9,790 nt of DNA, taken from Octopus sinensis. Lineage: Eukaryota. The notes beneath the pieces were generated by a model. That model saw only the letters and a list, made by a program, of their open reading frames with translations, ran no database searches and was not told the origin of the DNA. Position numbers and translations under genes: made by a program. Below are positions 1 through 6,729 of the stretch, piece after piece (the stretch's first letter is position 1; each line of letters begins with the position of its first letter). The stretch covers positions 1-9,790 of the forward strand of contig NW_021827793.1 in assembly GCF_006345805.1 (NCBI RefSeq), read 5' to 3'.

Positions 1-200
1 ACATATATTTATATAAATTATATACACGAAACTTACCTTAATAATACGTATATCAACATAATTTCAGTTGAACTATGTTGCAGAAATAGGTTTTCTGTGA
101 AACGTATCGTTATAATATTGTTTTCCATACATATTAACACATAGGACGAAATTGTTCTCACTTATCTTAAGAATATAAACCTCTTTTAACTAAATGACGT

Positions 201-313
201 TATATATATATATATTATATATATATATACACATACATACATACATACATACATACATACATACATACATACATACATACATACACACATACATACATAC
301 ATACATACATACA

Positions 314-345
<32 letters not shown>

Positions 346-386
346 AATATATATATATGTATGTATATGTATATATATATATATAT
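201..386. repeat. Compound microsatellite (TA)n/(TACA)n
   Basis: Directly visible TA and ATAC runs; they account for ORFs 186..425 and the start of 361..543. Confidence 0.97.
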
Positions 387-449
387 AAAATTAACAGAAA
401 GAGATAAAAAATCCAAAGCTATCATAGATTTTAGAACATTTATAAAGAG

Positions 450-499
450 GCCTTACAGCTGTTTCCGGGATATTTTATATATCTCTTCATCAGAGACGG
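450..499 (-). ncRNA. Type I hammerhead ribozyme motif (left arm of IR1), stem II partly decayed
   Basis: Minus strand reads CCGTCT-CTGATGA-A-GAGAT-atataaaat-ATCCC-G-GAAAC-AGCT-GTA^AGGC. Core CUGAUGA/GAAA is intact, stem III is the palindrome ACAGCUGU, the cleavage triplet is GUA, and stem I has 4 pairs (one G-U). Stem II has one A-C mismatch and an extra G. Confidence 0.72.
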
Positions 500-909
500 T
501 GAGAGAAAATCGTAAAGCAATAGTTATTCTAGAGAAGATATGAAATACAGAGTGAAGTGGAGGAATGAAAACAGACGTGAGATACGTAAGGATATTGTAT
601 CTGGAGTTTCATTATTTAAGCAGAATGGTATACATATAAGTTTCCTGTACCTTGTGTGTGAGTTCCATGATTGGATTACACCGTTTACAAAACTCTATCC
701 TTGGAATGACCAATTATTGGAAATCACACACAAGGTACAGGAAACTTAAATGTATACCATTCTGCTTAAATAATGAAACTGCAGATACAATATCCTTACG
801 TATCTCACGTCTGTATTTCATATCTTCTCTAGAATAACTATCATTTAAACATTTTCTAGCACCGTCTCTGGTGAAGGGATTTATAAAATATCCCCGAAAC
901 AGCTGTAAG
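452..909. mobile_element. Long inverted repeat IR1 (arms about 452-674 and 710-909): two head-to-head copies of a hammerhead-terminated unit (Penelope pLTR/retrozyme-like); alternative reading is a TA-flanked MITE
   Basis: CTTACAGCTGTTTCCGGGATATTTTATA at 452 is the near-exact reverse complement of TATAAAATATCCCCGAAACAGCTGTAAG ending at 909. The arms align inward to CCTTGTGTGTGA / TCACACACAAGG, leaving a spacer of about 35 bp. The left arm has a 24-bp insertion at 551-574. Confidence 0.85.
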
Positions 910-913
910 ATAG
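862..913 (+). ncRNA. Type I hammerhead ribozyme motif (right arm of IR1), core variant CUGGUGA
   Basis: CCGTCT-CTGGTGA-A-GGGAT-ttataaaat-ATCCC-C-GAAAC-AGCT-GTA^AGATAG. Stem II GGGAT/ATCCC, palindromic stem III ACAGCUGU, stem I 5 of 6 pairs, one core substitution (A6G). Predicted cleavage after 907. Confidence 0.72.
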
Positions 914-1188
914 ATTAAAACTTACTTGGAAGAGGATGCGTGGCGTTTACCCAAATTTTACTTAATTTGCGTTGCGGGAGCAACTGTTTTATCGAAAGTG
1001 TATATTGTTGTTAAATGCTCGAAATACGAGATTAGAAAAAGAGCCAACAACTGATGAAGGGTCGTTCTTTATGTTATTTGTATTGTTTTCCATTTGTGTC
1101 TTTCGTTGTTCGAAAGAATAGTTCATGTTCCCTGTACTCGTACTTCGTACTTTTTTGTTGTACATGTTTCATAACAACCTGTGCCCAC

Positions 1189-1232
1189 ATATGCATATAT
1201 ATTATACTGATATATGTGTGTGTATGTATTTG

Positions 1233-1280
<48 letters not shown>

Positions 1281-1331
1281 TATATATATACATATATACA
1301 TATATATATATATACACACATATATACATAC

Positions 1332-1362
<31 letters not shown>

Positions 1363-1428
1363 GTACATATATACATATATATATAATATATACATATATA
1401 CATATATATATATATACATACATATATA
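1189..1428. repeat. Degenerate (TA)n microsatellite with TG/CA interruptions
   Basis: Directly visible; source of the YI-repeat ORFs between 1054 and 1496. Confidence 0.97.
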
Positions 1429-1534
1429 TTTTTTCAATTAATCAATTTAGGGTAGCAAAAAATTCAATAGAAATTATTTTGCCACCAGCGGTCTAGTGAG
1501 AAAGAGGAAATAGTCAGAGACTATGAATAAATTC

Positions 1535-2085
1535 AACAACAATTGAGGAACGGCTACAATAGGCCGTTCGACCCACTAGAAAGGGCAGCCAGGGCTCCAA
1601 CCGAAAATAGTAGTAATTCCGAAATCTAAGGAAAAATTAAAAAAAAATTTACCCTGTTCTTCTTTAGACAATGCATTGTTTCGGCGTTTTTAATGGCAAA
1701 CCAGCCTGATTAAATTAAATTAAACTTAATCAAGTCTGCCGATAAGTTGGCGCGAGTACGATGACTTTGAAAATTTTAGGTCAGTTATTACCTAGACATG
1801 GATGTAGCTGCTTCGTGTAATTTCTGTCCCTTCTGGCTCCTTTACTGACGAGCGCGTTGCCTTTTGGAAGATTGACTTGATTAAGTTTAATTTAATTTAA
1901 TTTAATTTAATCAGGCTGGTTTACCATTAAAAAACGCCGAAACAATGCATTGTCTAAAGAAGAACAGGGTAAATGTTTTTTAATTTTTCCTTAGATTTCG
2001 GAATTACTACTATTTGCGGTTGGATCCCTGGATGCCCTTTCTAGTGGGTCGAACGGCCTATTGTAGCCGTTCCTCAATTGTTGTT
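1535..2085. mobile_element. Long inverted repeat IR2 (arms 1535-1736 and 1874-2085, 137-bp spacer): a hammerhead-bearing unit on plus and a 5'-truncated inverted copy
   Basis: AACAACAATTGAGGAACGGCTACAATAGGCCGTTCGACCCACTAGAAAGGG at 1535 is the reverse complement of the sequence ending at 2085. The arms align to CAAGTC/GACTTG. The right arm has two extra TTTAA units. Confidence 0.88.
1840..1959 (+). ncRNA. Type I hammerhead ribozyme with intact core and an 87-nt extended stem II
   Basis: CTTTA(1840-44)-CTGACGA(1845-51)-G-c-GCGTT...AACGC-C(to 1938)-GAAA(1939-42)-C-AATGCATT-GTC^(1954)-TAAAG(1955-59). Stem I is a perfect 5 bp (CTTTA/TAAAG), stem III is the 12-nt palindrome ACAATGCATTGT, and the triplet is canonical GUC. 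Confidence 0.75.
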
Positions 2086-2243
2086 ACATACATATATATA
2101 TATATATAATATATAATATATATATATATTGTATATATATATATATGTATGTATATAGTGTATATATATATATATGTATGTATATATGTACATATATATA
2201 TATCCATATATATGTATATATATATATGTATATATATATATTG

Positions 2244-2280
<37 letters not shown>

Positions 2281-2294
2281 GTATATATTATATG

Positions 2295-2326
<32 letters not shown>
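2086..2326. repeat. Degenerate (TA)n microsatellite
   Basis: Directly visible. Confidence 0.97.
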
Positions 2327-2381
2327 GCATTTATTGCTGTAGCTCAGGATGGTCATTATTTTATGCCAAATAAACGCATGC

Positions 2382-2399
2382 ATATATGTATGTATATAT

Positions 2400-2452
<53 letters not shown>
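2382..2452. repeat. (TA)n microsatellite
   Basis: Directly visible. Confidence 0.97.
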
Positions 2453-2457
<5 letters not shown>

Positions 2458-2461
2458 GCAT

Positions 2462-2600
2462 CCTCCTTCAGTTTCAATCTACCAATTTTTATTCAGAAGA
2501 GTATTCTTGGCCGGCGGCTATTCTGCAGGACATTTCTGCATGTTGAAACCACGGTGGAACCAAACCTGATGACGTCATCGTTGCGAAGTAACCGCCGAAG
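2462..2600 (-). mobile_element. Highly decayed fragment of the SINE family seen at 4865-5267 and 8523-8935
   Basis: TCCTTCAGTTTCAATCTACCAA...GGCCGGCGGCTATTCTGCAGGACA aligns by eye to TCTTTCAGTTTCCGTCTACCAA...GGCCCGGGGCTATAGCAGAAGACA (about 5111-5179). Confidence 0.55.
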
Positions 2601-2723
2601 CCACATTCCTGGTTGATATTTCCGTTTATTAATTAACGTTCATTAACATTGCATTGTTTTAATTAATATTTAGCTATCATTAATGCGGCGCGCTGTCTGA
2701 ATCGTTATCGCTTCGAACAAAAC

Positions 2724-3480
2724 GCTAAACATAGAGGGGACAAGCAAGGACAGACAAACGGATTAAGTCGATTACATCGACCCCAGTGCGTAACTGGTAC
2801 TTAATTTATCGAGCCCGAAAGGATGAAAGGCAAAGTCGACCTCGGCGGAATTTGAACTCAGAACGTATCGGCAGACGAAATACCTATTTCTTTACTACCC
2901 ACAAGGGGCTAAACATAGAGGGGACAAACATGGACAGACAAAGGTATTAAGTCGATTATATCGTCCCCAGTGCGTAACTGGTACTTATTTAATCGACCCC
3001 GAAAGGACGAAAGGTAAAGTCGACCTCGGCGGAATTTGAACTCAGAACATAACGGCAGACGAAATACCTATTTCTTTACTACCCACAAGGGGCTACACAC
3101 AGAGGGGACAAACAAGGACAGACAAACGGATTAAGTGGATTATATCGACCCCAGTGCGTAACTGGTACTTAATTTATCGACTCCGAAAGGATGAAAGGCA
3201 AAGTCGACCTCGGCAGAATTTGAACTCAGAACGTAGCGGCAGACGAAATACCTGTTTCTTTACTACCCACAAGGGGCTAAACACAGAGAGGACAAACAAG
3301 GACAGACAAACGGATTAAGTCGATTATATCGACCCCAGTGCGTAATTGGTACTTAATTTATCGACCCCGAAAGAATGAAAGGCAAATTCGAGCTCGGCGG
3401 AATTTGAACTCAGAACGTAGCGGCAGACGAAATACCGCTAAGCATTTCGCCGGCGTGCTAACGATTCTGCCGGCTCGCCT
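2724..3480 (-). mobile_element. tRNA-derived SINE with its body amplified as a 184-bp tandem array (3 full units plus a 161-bp unit joined to a single head)
   Basis: On plus, units start at 2724, 2908, 3092 and 3276 (GCTAAACA/GCTACACA), an exact 184-bp period. The head at 3437-3480 has an A-box-like CGGCAGAATCGTTAGC (minus, 3457-3472). A B box GAGTTCAAATTCC (minus) is present in every unit, for example 3399-3411. Confidence 0.9.
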
Positions 3481-3592
3481 CAGGAAAGATGTGCGTTTCT
3501 TACCCCTCCAAGTACGCAGCAAAACACTGAACAGAGCAAGGTGTGCAGCTGTGCCATTCTGGAGCAACATTGGTCGAAGCGATGAGTTAACT

Positions 3593-3917
3593 GGTACTCC
3601 GTCGGCTGCGACGATGATTATTCCAATTGATAGGATCAGCGGAACAGCCTGTTGGAATAAAATTAACGAGCAAGTGGCTGATCGCTCCGCAGTCATTCGC
3701 ACCCTTAATGTAGTTCTCAGGTATATTCAGCCAGTCACAGAATGTGACAAGACTAAACCTTTGAATTACACGTGCAAGTTGTCTTTGCCAAGTCAGGGGA
3801 CTGGAGTAACGTGAAGTAAAGTGTCTTGCTCAAGAACACAGTGCGCCGCCGGGAATTGAACTCACGCTGTCATGATCATGACCCTATAACGCTTAACCAC
3901 TAAGCCACGTGACTTCA
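3593..3917 (-). mobile_element. tRNA-derived SINE, full length but diverged, with a CORE-like central segment
   Basis: Minus-strand A box TGGCTTAGTGG (3897-3907) and B box GAGTTCAATTCCC (3851-3863). Central TTGAGCAAGACACTTTA resembles the CORE-domain motif from recall. The 3' tail is homologous to 5541-5720. Confidence 0.85.
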
Positions 3918-3928
3918 TGAATTAAACC

Positions 3929-4060
3929 GGCACTCCGTCGGTTACGACGACGAGGGTTCCAGCTGATCTGTTCAACGGAACAGCCTGCTCGTGAAATTAA
4001 CCTACAAGTGGCTGAGCACTCCGCAGGCACGAGAACCTTAAGACAGTTCACAGAGGGATT
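3929..4060 (-). mobile_element. 3'-tail fragment of the same SINE tail family, ending where the 47-bp array begins
   Basis: GCACTCCGTCGGTTACGACGACGAGGGTTCC...GGAACAGCCTGCTCGTGAAATTAAC is the near-exact reverse complement of about 5648-5720. Confidence 0.85.
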
Positions 4061-4448
4061 GACAAAATTGACTCTTTGAAAATTGATCCTTTTGTCAACA
4101 GAATGTTGACAAAATTGACACTCTGAAAATTGAACCTTTTGTCAACATAATACTGACAAAATTGACACTCTGAAAATTGACCCTTTTGTCAACAGAATGC
4201 TGACAAAATTGACACTCTGAAAATTGACCCTTTTGTCAACAGAATGCTGACAAAATTGACACTCTGAAAATTGACCCTTTTGTCAACAGAATGCTGACAA
4301 AATTGATACTCTGAAAATTGAACCTTTTGCCAACAGAATGCTGACAAAATTGACACTCTGAAAATTGACCCTTTTGTCAACAGAATGCTGACAAAATTGA
4401 CACTCTGAAAATTGAACCTTTTGTCAACATTCTGTTGACAAAATTGAC
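4061..4448. repeat. 47-bp minisatellite, 8 full units plus a 12-bp partial, each unit carrying an 11-bp-arm palindrome
   Basis: Unit GACAAAATTGACACTCTGAAAATTGACCCTTTTGTCAACAGAATGCT starts at 4061, 4108, 4155, 4202, 4249, 4296, 4343, 4390 and 4437. Palindrome TTTTGTCAACA-gaa-TG(C/T)TGACAAAA. Confidence 0.97.
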
Positions 4449-4595
4449 CGAGGTAGAGCCGAAGCGATAAGAAAGTGCAAAATATTTAAATAATTTGGTG
4501 TACTGGAAGATTGAATATATTTCATAATTTATCTTCTTATCCACGAAATATTCATAAAAATTCCATCATTCCTTTGTCTATTTCCTTTGTTTCAC

Positions 4596-4717
4596 AAACC
4601 TAGTTTCACACAGAACAAGTACGTTCTTATCTCAACGATAAGGTTTCGACATTATTTTAATCCACTTAGTTCTATCTGATAATCTTCCAATATTTATTTC
4701 TATCCCATCTTAATAAT
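4596..4717 (-). pseudogene. Probable decayed N-terminus of a non-LTR retrotransposon APE-type endonuclease
   Basis: 4697->4596 translates as INIGRLSDRTKWIKIMSKPYR*DKNVLVLCETRF, preceded after a frameshift by IIKMG. This resembles the hydrophobic-N-x-x-x-L ... hydrophobic-x-ET motif pair. N-to-E spacing is 29 residues, as for N14/E43 of L1 endonuclease. It contains an internal stop. Confidence 0.5.
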
Positions 4718-4864
4718 TCTTACAGATTTTGGCTTTGAAACATGATTTCTTGTTCGAAGTCTGATTCAATTAGTTCGTGTTCTGTTTTGTGTACTTCCTA
4801 GATAAACATAGGCTGCAGTCTCCTGACGTAAACGAAAGTTTTCCGTAACTTTCTGTCCTTACTA

Positions 4865-5267
4865 TCTTTTACTCTTTTACTCTTTTACTTGTTTCAGTCA
4901 TTTGAGTGCGGCCATGCTGGAGCACCGCCTTCAGTCGAACAAATCGACCCCGGGACTTATTCTTTGTAAACCCAGTACTTATTCTATCAGTCTCTTTTGC
5001 CGAACCGCTAAGTGACGGGAACGTAAACACACCAGCATCGGTTGTCAAGCAATGCTAGGGGGACAAACACACACACACACTTATATATATATACATATAT
5101 ACGACAGGCTTCTTTCAGTTTCCGTCTACCAAATCCACTCACAAGGCATTGGTCGGCCCGGGGCTATAGCAGAAGACACATGCCCAAGGTGCCACGCAGT
5201 GGGACTGAACCCGGAACCATGTGGTTGGTAAGGAAGCTACTTACCACACAGCCACTCCTGCGCCTAT
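4865..5267 (-). mobile_element. Full-length tRNA-derived SINE (about 400 bp) with internal (CA)/(TA) tract and (TAAAAGAG)n tail
   Basis: Reverse-complement homolog of 8523-8935. On minus it has head GGCGCAGGAGTGGCTGTGTGG, B-box-like GGTTCAGTCCC, and a tail read on plus as CTCTTTTA repeats at 4865-4889. Confidence 0.92.
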
Positions 5268-5288
5268 CACAGCCACTCCTGCGCCTAT
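5247..5288. repeat. Perfect 21-bp tandem duplication of the SINE 5' end
   Basis: CACAGCCACTCCTGCGCCTAT at 5247-5267 and 5268-5288, followed by a partial GCCACTCC. Confidence 0.93.
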
Positions 5289-5340
5289 GGCCACTCCGAC
5301 GTTCATCTTGAACTGAGAATTGTTTTCTATTTAAAAGACT

Positions 5341-5720
5341 GTGGAGGCGCAATGGCCCAGTGGTTAGGGCAGCGGACTCGCGGTCATAGGATCGCGGTTT
5401 CGATTCCCAGACCGGGCGTTGTGAGTGTTTATTGAGCGAAAACACCTAAAGCTCCACGACGCTCCGGCAGGGGATGGTGGTGATCCCTGCTGTACTCTTT
5501 CACCACAACTTTCTCTCATTCTTACTTCCTGTTTCTGTTGTACCTGTATTTCAAAGGACCGGCCTTGTCACTCTCTGTGTCACGCTGAATATCCCCGAGA
5601 ACTACGTTAAGGGTGCACATGTCTGTGGAGTGCTCAGCCACTTACACGTTAATTTCACGAGCAGGCTGTTCCGTTGATTCGGATCAACCGGAACCCTCAT
5701 CGTCGTAACCGACGGAGTGC
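5341..5720 (+). mobile_element. Full-length tRNA-derived SINE with a different head and centre but the same 3' tail as 3593-3917
   Basis: A box TGGCCCAGTGG (5353-5363), B box GTTTCGATTCC (5397-5407), tail ending GTCGTAACCGACGGAGTGC. Confidence 0.9.
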
Positions 5721-5769
5721 TTCCATCCCCATTTAAAAGACAATTTATAATGACGAGTAAGGTTATGCT

Positions 5770-5978
5770 TCTGTAGCAATATTGTTTTCTCCATTGCTAT
5801 CTTCTCTCAAACAGGCCTTATGTTCACTCGAATATTCCACATAGGTGACTTAGTGCCAGTTAGATTGATCAACCATTTGAATATCATCTTTGCTTCAATT
5901 TTATCGTCGTTTTGTCTATGACAAAACGTCTGGCCAGAGGCTATCTGTAGCAATATTGTTTTCTTCATTGCTATCTTC
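5770..5978. repeat. 35-bp direct repeat pair (5770-5804 and 5944-5978, one mismatch) around a 139-bp segment
   Basis: TCTGTAGCAATATTGTTTTCT(C/T)CATTGCTATCTTC occurs twice with a 174-bp period. Confidence 0.92.
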
Positions 5979-6002
5979 ACTGTTTGAAAAAAATATTAAG
6001 AA

Positions 6003-6524
6003 CTAGCAGCATAGCCCGGCATTGCCCGGGTATGTAAGAGCCCCTCGAGCGGACATGATGCTCGCTGTGAATTTTAAAACAATTCCTGCCAATTTGTGAA
6101 AGATATTGTCGAAAATATGTCATCTTGAATTTGAACGCCATTTCCCAAAATGGCATGATTTTTATCGATTTTTTCTGATGGTAAGGTATTGCATGGAAAA
6201 CTAACATCAGAATTAAGTTTCTTAGGGTAACATTAAGCTTCACCATGAGTTTGGTGAAAATCGATTGCAAGTTGCGAAAACTACAACAGAAAATGTGTTG
6301 CAAATAAAAAGCTTAGATTCTCGCCCCATGTCGAATTTATCGATTTTTTCAGAACTGGGGGAACTTTTCAAAATTTTCGCTGCGTTAGTTTTGAATTATG
6401 ACATTGGGCTATGTATGTGTCAAGTTTCATCTGAATCGGTTGAAAGCCGTGGTCAGGGTGAGGGTACAACCTGACAGACACACAGACACACAGACAGACA
6501 AACTGCCGTTTATATAAAGAGAGA
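6003..6524 (-). mobile_element. Non-autonomous Helitron (Lep1-like architecture), about 522 bp
   Basis: Minus strand begins A|TCTCTCTTTATATAAA followed by a (CTGT)-type microsatellite (about 6473-6500). It ends with a GC-rich hairpin CCCGG-6 nt-CCGGG (6015-6030) and CTAG|T. These are the canonical TC...CTAG termini at an A/T target with no target-site duplication. The 5' end could instead be 6527. Confidence 0.85.
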
Positions 6525-6584
6525 TGATCTCGTTTGAGATTACAAACATCTTTAGCTAGTTTAACCTCGTTGTGTCCACTGATC

Positions 6585-6654
6585 TGATTGGTTAGCATCT
6601 AAGCGCGGTCTGTCTCTCTACTTACTTCGCGCCAGTGTGTAAACTGACCAATCA
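6585..6654. promoter_or_regulatory. Inverted pair of CCAAT (NF-Y consensus) boxes; putative only
   Basis: TGATTGGTT (6585-6593) and GACCAATCA (6646-6654) both match RRCCAATSR, on opposite strands. Confidence 0.25.
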
Positions 6655-6729
6655 CGGCTTTCGGATAGGACTTTTCATTTGATCCATCTTAACTCTTTAA
6701 ATAGGCTGATATATCACGTCGGGGTCACC

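Noticed and set aside
1046-1130. CTGATGAAGGG at 1051 as a sixth hammerhead
   Set aside because: No credible stem II partner or GAAAC, and stems I and III need several mismatches; at best a heavily decayed relic.
2020-2080. CTGGATG...CGAAC with two hairpins at the IR2 terminus as a hammerhead or HDV-like ribozyme
   Set aside because: Both core segments are non-canonical in both arms, stem I cannot form, and I could not build an HDV pseudoknot.
2566-2590. CTGATGA...CGAAG as a hammerhead
   Set aside because: GAAA is absent and there is no stem I or III; it is explained by the CRE palindrome.
186-2616. Long ORFs rich in YI/IY/CMYV repeats
   Set aside because: They are translations of (TA)n and (TACA)n microsatellites; there is no sign of real coding sequence.
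3338-3814. 158-aa and 114-aa ORFs
   Set aside because: They run across two adjacent SINEs and have no recognisable domain.
4061-4448. CRISPR-like palindromic repeat array
   Set aside because: Units are directly adjacent with no unique spacers, there are no cas genes, and the context is eukaryotic.
2705-4470. TTATCGCTTCG in inverted orientation flanking the two tandem arrays (similar motif near 8028)
   Set aside because: An 11-bp match is expected many times by chance among all position pairs in 10 kb, and the flanks do not extend the match.
5341-5415. tRNA genes at the SINE heads (also 3850-3917, 7652-7724, 8523-8590)
   Set aside because: A and B boxes are present, but I could not build a complete cloverleaf with an acceptor stem, and each continues into SINE body sequence.
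5770-5978. Repeat-spacer-repeat as a mini CRISPR
   Set aside because: Only two repeats, a 139-bp interval, and no supporting context.
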